Assembly: GCA_947173895.1 (NCBI GenBank)
Contig: CAMWGU010000005.1
Span: 3,579 to 67,578, forward strand
Source of the DNA: an uncultured Bacteroides sp.
Lineage (GTDB): Bacteria; Bacteroidota; Bacteroidia; Bacteroidales; Bacteroidaceae
DNA length: 64,000 bases
Direction: 5' to 3'
A program made the position numbers and the translations under genes. Numbering within the stretch: the first letter of the stretch is position 1; each line of letters opens with the position of its first letter. The notes under the pieces were generated by a model, which made no database searches, was not told the origin of the DNA, and was given only the letters and a program-made list of their open reading frames with translations. Positions 1 through 9,347 of this stretch are shown piece after piece.

Positions 1-1053
1 CACAGGAGTGGCCTCTTTATCCATCTTTTTAGTCAAAAGATATTGGGCAGCCAACATGGCGATATCGGCGTTCTCCTGTTTTTGTTCCAACATCGAAGTA
101 AACAACCCTGCTATTTTCGTACTGTCCCGGTTGGTCTGTTCGGAACGAAGAATGAGCTGGCGCATGATGTTCATTTTGGTGTCGCTATCTACACGGTCGT
201 TCAGCAAAATGGTGTCCAGCTGCACCTGATAGAGACTATCTTGCCCTTTTTTCTCATAATAAGAAGCCATAGAAAGCAAAGCCGGCGCATAGCCCGGTTC
301 CTCTCTCAGCACCTTCTGATAAGTTTCGTAAGCTTCCTCTTCCTTGCCGTTATTCAAATAAACATCTCCCAAGATGGTGAGATAACGCATGTCGTAGGGA
401 TATTCCTTTGCCAGATTCTCGATTTCCGTAAAAGCCTGCTGGTCATTATTCATGGCCAAATACATACGAAACTTCTCCATACTGATTTGCTCGGACTTTC
501 CGTCCAGTGCTTCCAGACGGTTCAAAGTACAAACCACCTGCCGGTAATCTTTAGTGCGATTATAAAGGTCAATCAAGGCCATCAATGGCTCCAGACGCGA
601 AGGAAACTGTCCGGCCATATCCTCGTACACCTGAATGGCTTTGGAATAATCTCCCTTGCCCTGATAATAAGCAGCCAAAGTCTGCTTGTACCAAAAGCTT
701 CCAGGATCGGCATCCACTGCCTTTTTCAGTGCTTCCTCTCCTTTTTCCGGTTGGTTGAGGAACATATAGAAGCGGGAAATTTCAAACAAAGTGGCCGCTC
801 CTTGCGGATAGATGTCAAGACAATGGCTGTACATCTCGAAAGCGGCATCCAAATCACCTTTCTCCTTCATTCGGAGAGCCTCTAAAAAGAAATAGTCGTA
901 CTTCCGACGCTGTTCCGGCGTAAGCGGATCCTTTTCCTCCATGGCCACCTTCTTTCCGTATGGAGAGGCATTCTTCTTCACCGTGCCACACGAAACAAGC
1001 ATACTCATCAGACATGCGCACAACACGAACCCATAGTTCAGTTTCTTATCCAT
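1..1053 (-). CDS. Tetratricopeptide-repeat lipoprotein, 3' end runs off the window
   Basis: Not in the ORF track because there is no stop in the window. Manual translation from ATG 1053 gives MDKKLNYGFVLCACLMSMLVS-C-GTVKK (lipobox) then EQRRKYDYFFLEALRMKEKGDLDAA and TPR-like helices. Confidence 0.85.
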   Translation of the reverse strand, partial: MDKKLNYGFVLCACLMSMLVSCGTVKKNASPYGKKVAMEEKDPLTPEQRRKYDYFFLEALRMKEKGDLDAAFEMYSHCLDIYPQGAATLFEISRFYMFLNQPEKGEEALKKAVDADPGSFWYKQTLAAYYQGKGDYSKAIQVYEDMAGQFPSRLEPLMALIDLYNRTKDYRQVVCTLNRLEALDGKSEQISMEKFRMYLAMNNDQQAFTEIENLAKEYPYDMRYLTILGDVYLNNGKEEEAYETYQKVLREEPGYAPALLSMASYYEKKGQDSLYQVQLDTILLNDRVDSDTKMNIMRQLILRSEQTNRDSTKIAGLFTSMLEQKQENADIAMLAAQYLLTKKMDKEATPV

Positions 1054-1065
1054 TACTCTTCTTCA

Positions 1066-1500
1066 TTATTTGTTTCCGGTATGTCCGAAACCACCGGTAC
1101 CCCGTTCTGTTTCATCCAGCACTTCCACTTCCTGCCACTCAGCCTGCTCATGACGGGCTATGACCATCTGTGCAATGCGCTCTCCGTCCTCTATCGTAAA
1201 ATCCTCGGACGACAAATTCACTAAGATAATACAAATCTCGCCACGATAGTCGGCATCAATTGTACCGGGAGAATTAAGTACCCCGATTCCTTTCTTGATA
1301 GCCAGTCCGCTACGTGGGCGGATTTGCGCCTCAAAACCTTCGGGCAATGCAATGTAAAGCCCCGTAGGCACCAGGCAGCGCTGCAAAGGTTTCAACACAA
1401 TAGGTTCGTCAAGATTGGCACGGATATCCACTCCGGCCGACTGTTTGGTAGCATACTCGGGTAAAGCGTGCTTTGACTTATTTACTATTTGTACTTTCAT
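1066..1500 (-). CDS. dut: dUTP diphosphatase
   Basis: dUTPase motifs [21 protein letters not shown] and C-terminal [10 protein letters not shown]. Confidence 0.97.
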   Translation of the reverse strand: MKVQIVNKSKHALPEYATKQSAGVDIRANLDEPIVLKPLQRCLVPTGLYIALPEGFEAQIRPRSGLAIKKGIGVLNSPGTIDADYRGEICIILVNLSSEDFTIEDGERIAQMVIARHEQAEWQEVEVLDETERGTGGFGHTGNK

Positions 1501-1666
1501 ATTTTCATATAATTATACGATACGGATGCCAACAGAGAATACCCCACAAAGCATAAGCAAACACCCCAATGCGGTGTAGCCCGTCGGCATACCTTTAATA
1601 AGGTGCGAATTTACACATTTAGATGGATTTATCTAAGCGTTTACAGTTTTTTAAACGGAAGTTTGT

Positions 1667-1674
1667 TACTTTTG
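1667..1674 (+). promoter_or_regulatory. Bacteroidetes sigma-A -7 box for dgt
   Basis: TACTTTTG matches TAnnTTTG, about 20 nt before ATG 1696. Confidence 0.6.
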
Positions 1675-1695
1675 CAAACAGATAAAGCCCAAACT

Positions 1696-3027
1696 ATGAA
1701 CTGGAAACAATTAATATCAAACAAACGCTTCGGACTGGAAAAGCAGTACGAAACCCGCAAAGACGACCGTTCTGAATTTCAACGCGACTACGACCGGCTC
1801 ATTTTCTCGGCTCCTTTCCGCCGATTGCAGAACAAAACCCAGGTATTTCCTTTGCCAGGCAGCATTTTTGTACACAACCGATTAACGCACAGCTTGGAAG
1901 TATCCTGCGTAGGGCGTTCTTTAGGAAACGACATAGCCAGCCAATTATTGAAAAAACATCCAGAACTGACTGATTCACATATCATGGAAACAGGTTCCAT
2001 TGTTTCTGCCGCCTGCCTGGCACACGACCTGGGCAACCCCCCTTTCGGTCATTCGGGAGAGAAAGCCATTTCAAGTTATTTTTCGGAAAGAGAAGGCATG
2101 GCCTTGCAGCAAGAGCTATCACCGGCAGAATGGGATGACTTGATCCATTTCGAAGGCAATGCCAATGCATTCCGTCTTCTCACCCATCAGTTTGAAGGGA
2201 GAAGAAAAGGAGGGTTTGTTTTGACTTACTCCACCTTGGCATCCATCGTGAAATATCCATATTCCTCGCAACTAGCCGGAAGCAAGTCCAAATTCGGTTT
2301 CTTTTTAAGCGAAGAAGCCGACTACCAGAAAATAGCCACCGAACTGGGCATCACCCGCCTCAGCACAGCGGGCAAGCCTCTGCGCTATGCACGCCATCCA
2401 CTGGTATACTTAGTAGAAGCAGCCGACGACATCTGCTATCAGATGATGGACATAGAAGATGCACACAAGCTGAAACTTCTGACTCATGACGAAACTAAAG
2501 GATTGTATATGCTGTTCTTTGATGAAAAAAGAAAAAAACGCATAGAAGAAGTCTGCCGGATTGTCACGGATATAAATGAACAGATAGCCTATCTACGCTC
2601 CTCAGTCATCGGAGCACTAATAAAAGAATGTGCACGAGTATTCATAGAAAATGAAGAAACTATATTGGCAGGAGAATTTGAAGGAACACTAATAAAACAC
2701 ATCAGTAGTCCTTTGAAAGAAGCGTATGAAAGTTGCTCGAGAGTAGCCTTCCAGAAAATTTACCGTTCTAGCGATGTGCTGGACATTGAATTGGCAGGCT
2801 TCAGAGTCATCAGCACTTTGATAGACCTGATGATCAAGGCTGTGCGTTCTCCGGATAAAGCCTATTCACAATTATTAATCAACCGAGTGTCCGGACAATA
2901 CAATATCAACGCACCTACTCTATATGGAAAAATACAAGCTGTACTGGATTACATATCGGGCATGACAGATGTCTATGCTCTAGATCTCTATCGAAAGATT
3001 AAAGGAAACAGTTTGCCGGCAGTATAA
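1696..3027 (+). CDS. dgt: Deoxyguanosinetriphosphate triphosphohydrolase (HD-domain dGTPase)
   Basis: RDYDRLIFS, RLQNKTQVF, HNRLTHSLEV, AHDLGNPPFGHSGE, EAADDICY. Start placed at MNWKQL (1696), downstream of the promoter box, rather than at the ORF-track start 1603. Confidence 0.93.
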   Translation: MNWKQLISNKRFGLEKQYETRKDDRSEFQRDYDRLIFSAPFRRLQNKTQVFPLPGSIFVHNRLTHSLEVSCVGRSLGNDIASQLLKKHPELTDSHIMETGSIVSAACLAHDLGNPPFGHSGEKAISSYFSEREGMALQQELSPAEWDDLIHFEGNANAFRLLTHQFEGRRKGGFVLTYSTLASIVKYPYSSQLAGSKSKFGFFLSEEADYQKIATELGITRLSTAGKPLRYARHPLVYLVEAADDICYQMMDIEDAHKLKLLTHDETKGLYMLFFDEKRKKRIEEVCRIVTDINEQIAYLRSSVIGALIKECARVFIENEETILAGEFEGTLIKHISSPLKEAYESCSRVAFQKIYRSSDVLDIELAGFRVISTLIDLMIKAVRSPDKAYSQLLINRVSGQYNINAPTLYGKIQAVLDYISGMTDVYALDLYRKIKGNSLPAV

Positions 3028-3059
3028 CAGCAGTTGAGCGAAATCAGGTAGAGAGATTT

Positions 3060-3117
3060 ATATTTCAGACGCGGATTATTTTATATAGTTGATAAAAATA
3101 ATCCGCGTCTGAAATAT
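3060..3117. terminator. Perfect 23-bp inverted repeat between convergent genes (probable bidirectional terminator)
   Basis: ATATTTCAGACGCGGATTATTTT (3060-3082) is the exact reverse complement of 3095-3117, with a 12-nt spacer. Confidence 0.75.
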
Positions 3118-3199
3118 TTAAAATTAGCAATTGCGTAATTCATTTCTGCCCCATATTCGTTCGGCCGCTCTCTGGAAGCATTCGAAACTGCAAGCTTGG

Positions 3200-4180
3200 T
3201 TATTTTGTCAATATGGGATGTGCCCCAGAAGTAATCTTCAACGCTTCGGGATACTGTTTTACAAATGATTCGATATGACGTACTCGCTTGTCTTCCAAAA
3301 TCTCATTCACCGCAATCAGAATACCAGTTTCTTCCACATCGCCAAATCCATAATTAATTGCCGTTCCAAACATGCGCATAGTAGGCGACAAACTCATATA
3401 AGCATTCACCAACGGAGGGATGTTATACCCCAGTTTACGCACCTCTGTGTTCAGAACCTTATAATCCTCTTTAAATGATTCATAACAAAAAAGTCCCTCC
3501 AACATTTTCTTATCCGTTTCTATTTCCAGCGATTTCATCGGAGTTATCAACTTATCTTTATCACCAAAATGTTTGTTCAGGAAATATAATATCATGTCAC
3601 GACCCTGACGATGATAGTTAGGATACATGGTCATTTTGCCAAAGAAATATTTCACATTAGGTTTGATCACCGTTAAAGCGCCTAAACCATCCCACAAATT
3701 ATCCAAAGCAAACAAGCCCTTCGAACCGGCACGAGTAGACTGATATTCCAATGTAACAAACGAACGACCTAACTCTACAGTATAAGGCAAATATTCTTTC
3801 AAAAAGACCTCTGAAAAATCAAACATATGAGCAGTAGCCAACAAGGGTTTACCACTTTTATCAAACTGTACTTCGTTTCCTAATATATAACGATATCCAC
3901 CCAAGATTTCTTCTGCTTCGGGATTCCATACAACCAATTGCTTATATGGATTTTTCATTATATCATATTCATCAATATCCATTGACTTTCCCGTTCCCCC
4001 TCCGGCTGCACGAAAGGCAATTTCTCTCAGCCGGCCGATTTCCTTCATCACATTCGGCGAGTCCTGATATGTAATAACATAAATTTCATTATGACTTTTA
4101 TTTGTAAACCTCAGGCGTTTATCCTCTGAAAGTTCCGCCTTTAGAAGTTCTTTACTAATCGGTGCTATAATTTCTTCCAT
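3200..4180 (-). CDS. glsB: GNAT-family N-acyltransferase, OlsB-like; probable glycine-lipid synthase
   Basis: EIGRLREIAFR...GGG, DIDEYD, YRYILG, VELGRSFV and IPPLVNAYM motifs. Follows a PlsC-like gene next to mraZ, as recalled for Bacteroides glsAB. Confidence 0.75.
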   Translation of the reverse strand: MEEIIAPISKELLKAELSEDKRLRFTNKSHNEIYVITYQDSPNVMKEIGRLREIAFRAAGGGTGKSMDIDEYDIMKNPYKQLVVWNPEAEEILGGYRYILGNEVQFDKSGKPLLATAHMFDFSEVFLKEYLPYTVELGRSFVTLEYQSTRAGSKGLFALDNLWDGLGALTVIKPNVKYFFGKMTMYPNYHRQGRDMILYFLNKHFGDKDKLITPMKSLEIETDKKMLEGLFCYESFKEDYKVLNTEVRKLGYNIPPLVNAYMSLSPTMRMFGTAINYGFGDVEETGILIAVNEILEDKRVRHIESFVKQYPEALKITSGAHPILTK

Positions 4181-4206
4181 ATCTTTTTATTCTCTCTTTT
4201 GTCTAT

Positions 4207-5025
4207 TTATAGTTTATAGACTACATCCTTTACAAACTGAGCCCATTGAGCCGGAGTCTTTGTTTTATTGAAAGTTTGCCAAGGGATGGGCTTCCCAATG
4301 GTCAATGTAAATGTTTTATGACGATTTTTCAACATTTCATCCGCCAAATACAACATTGCGATATTAAATTTAATACCAAGTGTCTTACATACATTTGCCA
4401 AGTTATAAAAGAAATCCGAGTTTCGGCCTTCAAAATGCAACGGCACTACATCACGATGCGTTTCAACACTTTTTGTAATAAATGTTTTTTTCCACTCCAA
4501 ATCCTTAATCTCACCATTTTGTCTACGCGAGCAGAGTCCTGCGGGAAACATAATAATATGATTTTCCGAAGCAAAACCAGCCTCTACCATTCTAGGAAAA
4601 TCTCTTGATTGAATCCCCGTCTTGTTAATAGGGATACACAAAGGAGCCAGGCCGTACAGATTCATCAACAGATCGTTGACTAGATAACGCACATTGCCAT
4701 GGTAATGTTTACCCAAAATATATCCTAAAGCAACTCCGTCTTGCCCTCCCAGCGGGTGGTTGCTTACAAAAGTACACCTACCTTCTTCAGGCAAATTTTC
4801 CAAGCCTTTTATTTCCACCTTTGCATCCAAAAATTCCATACAAGCTTCTAAGAAGTCTACTCCGACCTTATCCTTGGTAGCCCGTAAAAAGACATTTAAT
4901 TCATCCTGATGCACGATACGCTTCAGGTACGAAACGACAAAGCGGGGAATATATTTATATTTCCTTCCTGCCTTCGCCTTCAATATCTTTTCTATGTCGA
5001 TTAAAAATATAGAGTTGTCAGTCAT
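4207..5025 (-). CDS. glsA: PlsC-family O-acyltransferase; probable second step of glycine-lipid synthesis
   Basis: NHPLGGQD (HxxxxD) and FPAG motifs; directly upstream of the OlsB-like gene. Confidence 0.7.
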   Translation of the reverse strand: MTDNSIFLIDIEKILKAKAGRKYKYIPRFVVSYLKRIVHQDELNVFLRATKDKVGVDFLEACMEFLDAKVEIKGLENLPEEGRCTFVSNHPLGGQDGVALGYILGKHYHGNVRYLVNDLLMNLYGLAPLCIPINKTGIQSRDFPRMVEAGFASENHIIMFPAGLCSRRQNGEIKDLEWKKTFITKSVETHRDVVPLHFEGRNSDFFYNLANVCKTLGIKFNIAMLYLADEMLKNRHKTFTLTIGKPIPWQTFNKTKTPAQWAQFVKDVVYKL

Positions 5026-5047
5026 TTTGCAAACACACTTTTCTATG

Positions 5048-5055
5048 CAAAAGTA
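5048..5055 (-). promoter_or_regulatory. -7 box for the glsA-glsB-like operon
   Basis: Reverse complement is TACTTTTG, about 22 nt before the start at 5025. Confidence 0.6.
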
Positions 5056-5125
5056 ACTTATCTTTTTTTATATTGGCAATTTATGACAGGAAAAAGCATC
5101 AAACACCTAAGAAATTAAGAGTTTT

Positions 5126-5305
5126 TGTGCATAAAACAATACCAACTCTTTCATTTTTGCTCAAAACAAAAACGAATGTGCAATAATCTATTCTCACTTC
5201 ATAACATTCTAACCAAGCACCATATAGCAGCTTTTCACAATAAAAACATCTATTTTAAAGCCTCTGTTTACCAATACGATAAGCAGTTTAACAACCTGTT
5301 GATAA
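5126..5305. promoter_or_regulatory. Cluster of DnaA-box-like 9-mers
   Basis: Compared with TTWTNCACA: TTATGCACA (-, 5126-5134, 0 mismatches), TATTGCACA (-, 5177-5185, 1), CTTTTCACA (+, 5231-5239, 1), TTATCAACA (-, 5297-5305, 1). Confidence 0.5.
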
Positions 5306-5330
5306 CTTCTCGAAATATTTTCTTGAAATA

Positions 5331-5356
5331 ATTGTGGGGAATTGTGGGGAATTGTG
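5331..5356 (+). promoter_or_regulatory. MraZ operator (10-bp-period GTGGG repeats)
   Basis: ATTGTGGGGA-ATTGTGGGGA-ATTGTG just upstream of mraZ; matches the 10-bp-spaced (G)TGGG boxes known for MraZ. Confidence 0.8.
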
Positions 5357-5392
5357 TAATTTTACGCCTTAAATCATATAATTAAGGTATAT

Positions 5393-5857
5393 ATGCGTTT
5401 TTTAGGCAATTCTGAAGCAAAGACAGATGCAAAAGGCAGAGTCTTTCTACCTTCTGTTTTCAGGAAACAGCTACAAACTGCTTCCGAAGAATGCTTGATT
5501 TTACGCAAAGATACCTATCAGGAGTGCTTGGTGCTTTATCCGGAAAGTGTATGGAACGAACAGATGAACGAGTTACGCAGCAAACTCAACCGCTGGAACT
5601 CCAAGCACCAACAGATTTTTCGCCAGTTTGTCTCTGACGTGGAAGTAATCACATTAGACGGCAACGGGCGCTTCCTGATCCCGAAACGTTATCTGAAGCT
5701 GGCAAAGATACAACAGAATGTACGCTTCATCGGTTTGGATGACACCATAGAAATCTGGTCGAAAGAAATAGCGGACAAGCCGTTCATCACACCGGAGGAT
5801 TTCGGGAAAGAGTTAGAAGAAATTATGGGTACTAACAACAATGCAGAACTAAAATGA
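5393..5857 (+). CDS. mraZ: Division/cell wall cluster transcriptional repressor MraZ
   Basis: Two SpoVT/AbrB-like repeats (KTDAKGRVFLP, LDGNGRFLIP) and IEIW; first gene of dcw. Confidence 0.95.
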   Translation: MRFLGNSEAKTDAKGRVFLPSVFRKQLQTASEECLILRKDTYQECLVLYPESVWNEQMNELRSKLNRWNSKHQQIFRQFVSDVEVITLDGNGRFLIPKRYLKLAKIQQNVRFIGLDDTIEIWSKEIADKPFITPEDFGKELEEIMGTNNNAELK

Positions 5858-6768
5858 GCGAAGCAGAACAGACATATCATATACCAGTACTACTGGACGA
5901 AAGTGTGAACGGAATGAACATACGCTCCGGAGGCATTTATGTAGATGTCACATTCGGAGGAGGAGGACACTCCAAAGAAATTTTGTCACGAATGGACAAC
6001 AGCGCACACCTGTACAGCTTTGATCAGGACGAAGATGCCGAAAGAAACATAGTGAACGATCACCGTTTCACCTTTGTTCGCAGCAATTTCCGCTACCTAC
6101 ACAACTTTCTGCGTTACTATGGTGTAGAATCTATTGATGCAGTATTAGCCGACCTTGGGGTTTCCTCTCACCACTTTGATGAATCGGAGCGAGGGTTCTC
6201 ATTCCGTTTTGACGGCAAATTGGATATGCGCATGAACAAGCGCGCCGGTATGACAGCCGCCGATCTTGTGAACACTTATAGCGAAGAACGCCTGGCAGAT
6301 ATTTTCTACTTGTACGGTGAATTGAAAAACAGTCGCAAGCTGGCATCGGTCATAGTCAAGGCACGAGCCGAAAAAGCCATTGTTTCCATTGGTGATTTTC
6401 TTGGCATCATTAAGCCGCTATTCGGTCGGGAACGCGAGAAAAAAGAACTTGCCAAAGTCTTTCAGGCCTTACGCATAGAAGTAAATCAAGAAATGGAAGC
6501 ATTAAAAGAAATGCTTGATGCTGCGACTCAGGCTCTGAAACCGGGAGGTAGACTGGTAGTAATCACCTATCACTCATTGGAAGATCGCATGGTAAAAAAC
6601 ATGATGAAGACTGGAAATATACAAGGCAAAACCGAACAAGACTTTTTTGGGAATGTGCAAACACCTTTCAAACTAGTCAACAGTAAGGTAATCGTAGCCA
6701 ACCAAGAAGAAGTTACACGTAATCCGCGCTCCAGAAGTGCCAAGTTAAGAATCGCGGAAAAAAAATAG
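5854..6768 (+). CDS. rsmH: 16S rRNA m4C1402 methyltransferase
   Basis: HIPVLLDE, DVTFGGGGHS, DLGVSSHHFD, NPRSRSAKLR. Confidence 0.97.
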   Translation: MSEAEQTYHIPVLLDESVNGMNIRSGGIYVDVTFGGGGHSKEILSRMDNSAHLYSFDQDEDAERNIVNDHRFTFVRSNFRYLHNFLRYYGVESIDAVLADLGVSSHHFDESERGFSFRFDGKLDMRMNKRAGMTAADLVNTYSEERLADIFYLYGELKNSRKLASVIVKARAEKAIVSIGDFLGIIKPLFGREREKKELAKVFQALRIEVNQEMEALKEMLDAATQALKPGGRLVVITYHSLEDRMVKNMMKTGNIQGKTEQDFFGNVQTPFKLVNSKVIVANQEEVTRNPRSRSAKLRIAEKK

Positions 6769-6775
6769 GAACGAA

Positions 6776-7150
6776 ATGGAAGAAGAACAAAAACAGAATG
6801 AGCAGCATTCCAAAAATGAACAGACGGCTTCATCCAAGCACATGTCTATTCGTAGTATATTGGGAGGAGATATTTTAGCAAACGACTTTTTCAAAAGACA
6901 AACCCGTCTGCTTATCCTTATCATGATCCTGACTGTGCTATACATAGACAACCGATACAACAGCCAGCAGGAACTTATAGAGATAGACAAATTAAAAAAA
7001 GAACTGATAGACATCAAATACGATGCTTTGACACGTTCCTCTGAACTGATGGAAAAAAGCCGCCAGTCGCGAATAGAAGAATATATCTCGACGGAAGAAA
7101 GCCGCTTGCAGACAGCGACTAACCGTCCTTATTTAATAAAGAAAAATTAA
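6776..7150 (+). CDS. ftsL: FtsL-like cell division protein
   Basis: One TM helix plus coiled coil, positioned between rsmH and the PBP gene. Confidence 0.8.
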   Translation: MEEEQKQNEQHSKNEQTASSKHMSIRSILGGDILANDFFKRQTRLLILIMILTVLYIDNRYNSQQELIEIDKLKKELIDIKYDALTRSSELMEKSRQSRIEEYISTEESRLQTATNRPYLIKKN

Positions 7151-7154
7151 GCCC

Positions 7155-9329
7155 ATGATGCCCAACCAGAAGAACATAATGATCCGATTTTCCTTCATCA
7201 TTCTGATTATGGTGTTGGTAGGCATTGCAATTATCTGCAAGGCCGGTGTCATCATGTTTGCCGAACGCCAATACTGGAAAGACGTAGCCGACCGTTTCGT
7301 CAAGGAAAATGTCAGCATCCCTTCCACTCGCGGCAACATCATCTCAGCGGACGGACAGCTAATGGCCAGCAGTTTGCCCGAATATAAGATTTACATGGAC
7401 TTCATGATAAATAAAAAGAAAGGAGAAACAGAAGAGGAAGAAAAGACACGGTTGAAATTGCAACACATCAAAGATTCCATACTCAATGCAAATCTTGATT
7501 CGATTTGCAAAGGATTACACGAAATTTTTCCGGATAAAAGTACAGCTTATTTCAAACAGCATATCAGAAATGGGCGGAAGAAAGAAAGCCGTAGTTGGCT
7601 TCTCTACCCCAAACGCATCTCTTACATACAATATAAAGAGACCAAACGTCTGCCTGTATTCAACCTAAACAAATACAAAGGCGGATTCCACGAACAGGTT
7701 TTCAACCAACGGAAAAAGCCTTTCGGATCATTGGCAATGCGTACTTTAGGAGACATGTTTCCAGACATTGAAAAAGGTGCAAAAAATGGGCTAGAACTTT
7801 CATACGATTCTATTTTGAGAGGAAGAGACGGTATCACACACCGCCAAAAAGTGATGAATAAATACCTGAACATTGTGGACATTCCGCCCATAGACGGTTG
7901 TGACATCATCACCACCATTGATGTAAGTATGCAAGATATTGCGGAAAAAGCTTTGGTGGACAAGTTGAAAGAAATCAATGCTACTGTGGGAGTTGCTATT
8001 TTGATGGAAGTACAAACCGGCGACATAAAGGCTATTGTCAACATGACCAAATGCAATGATGGTATTTATAGAGAAATACAAAACAATGCCATTTCAGACA
8101 TGATGGAACCAGGATCTACTTTTAAAACAGCTTCTATTATGGTCGCATTGGAAGATGGGAAAATCACTCCCGACCAAATAATAGATACCGGCAATGGCGT
8201 CTACAATATGCACGGACGCCCCATGAAGGACCATAATTGGCACCGAGGAGGATATGGGGCAATAACAACCACACAGACGTTAATGTACTCTTCAAATATC
8301 GGAGTTTCGCGTCTGATAGACCAAAATTACCATAACCAACCGGAAAAATATGTGGAAGGTCTATATAAATTAGGTATAGCCACTCCGCTGAACTTAGATA
8401 TTCCAGGAGCGGGTAAGCCGAACATCCGCATGCCGAACAAAGACAACTGGTCGCGAACCGCACTGGCATGGATGTCTATCGGTTATGAAACGCAGGTTCC
8501 TCCTATCAACACATTGACATTTTATAATGCAATAGCTAATAATGGAGTTATGGTAAAGCCTAAGTTCGTCAAATCAATTGTAAAAGACGGTCAAATAGTG
8601 GAAGATATCCCAACCGAAGTATTGAATCCTGCCATTGCTTCTCCAAAGACCATTCAAGATATTCAAATGATTTTGGAAAAAGTGGTGAGTGAAGGACTGG
8701 GGAAAAAAGCCGGTTCCAAACAATTTCACGTATCTGGGAAAACCGGAACCGCACAAGTTTCACAAGGTAAAGGAGGATATAAGACCGGCACAATGCGTTA
8801 TCTGGTCAGTTTCTGTGGATATTTTCCTTCGGAAATGCCCAAATACAGTTGCATTGTAGCTATCCAAAAGCCTGGACTTCCAGCTTCGGGAGGACTAATG
8901 GCCGGTAGCGTCTTCAGCAAAATAGCCGAGCGGGTATATGCCAAGCATTTAGCACAGGACTTGAAAGGAGCCAAAGACTCCACTTCTATTTTTATTCCAG
9001 ACGTAAAGAACGGAGATATAAATGCCGCCCATTATGTGTTGAAACGGATAAATATACCAACATACAACATTCCGGAAGAAGTAGAAGAAGGCAAACCCGT
9101 ATGGGGAAATGTGACCTGCAATCCGGACAATGTATTGTTCAACAAAAAAGACATTAGTAACAAACTAGTACCTAGCGTGATTGGTATGGGTGCGAAAGAC
9201 GCTGTTTACCTGCTTGAAAGCATGGGCCTAAAAGCTCGAGTCACAGGCACAGGCAAAGTGAGATCGCAAAGCATACCGGCAGGAAACACATTGCACAAAG
9301 GACAAAGTATTCAATTAAAATTAAATTAA
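7155..9329 (+). CDS. ftsI: Class B penicillin-binding protein (PBP3) with C-terminal PASTA domain
   Basis: N-terminal TM; RGNIIS, EPGSTFK (SxxK), SSN and KTGTAQ motifs; VPSVIGM PASTA repeat. Confidence 0.93.
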   Translation: MMPNQKNIMIRFSFIILIMVLVGIAIICKAGVIMFAERQYWKDVADRFVKENVSIPSTRGNIISADGQLMASSLPEYKIYMDFMINKKKGETEEEEKTRLKLQHIKDSILNANLDSICKGLHEIFPDKSTAYFKQHIRNGRKKESRSWLLYPKRISYIQYKETKRLPVFNLNKYKGGFHEQVFNQRKKPFGSLAMRTLGDMFPDIEKGAKNGLELSYDSILRGRDGITHRQKVMNKYLNIVDIPPIDGCDIITTIDVSMQDIAEKALVDKLKEINATVGVAILMEVQTGDIKAIVNMTKCNDGIYREIQNNAISDMMEPGSTFKTASIMVALEDGKITPDQIIDTGNGVYNMHGRPMKDHNWHRGGYGAITTTQTLMYSSNIGVSRLIDQNYHNQPEKYVEGLYKLGIATPLNLDIPGAGKPNIRMPNKDNWSRTALAWMSIGYETQVPPINTLTFYNAIANNGVMVKPKFVKSIVKDGQIVEDIPTEVLNPAIASPKTIQDIQMILEKVVSEGLGKKAGSKQFHVSGKTGTAQVSQGKGGYKTGTMRYLVSFCGYFPSEMPKYSCIVAIQKPGLPASGGLMAGSVFSKIAERVYAKHLAQDLKGAKDSTSIFIPDVKNGDINAAHYVLKRINIPTYNIPEEVEEGKPVWGNVTCNPDNVLFNKKDISNKLVPSVIGMGAKDAVYLLESMGLKARVTGTGKVRSQSIPAGNTLHKGQSIQLKLN

Positions 9330-9347
9330 TAAGGTAGCAAGAAGAGT

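Noticed and set aside
43-885. 280-aa + strand ORF
   Set aside because: Antisense shadow of the TPR lipoprotein gene on the - strand, which the ORF track missed because it has no stop in the window
1696-3027. dGTPase as an anti-phage defence gene
   Set aside because: It sits in a housekeeping context (divergent from dut, next to gls/dcw) with no defence-island neighbours
5026-5392. Chromosomal origin (oriC)
   Set aside because: DnaA-like boxes are present, but by eye the + strand stays C-rich over G at silent positions on both sides, so no skew switch is apparent. A cumulative GC-skew plot of the whole chromosome would settle it
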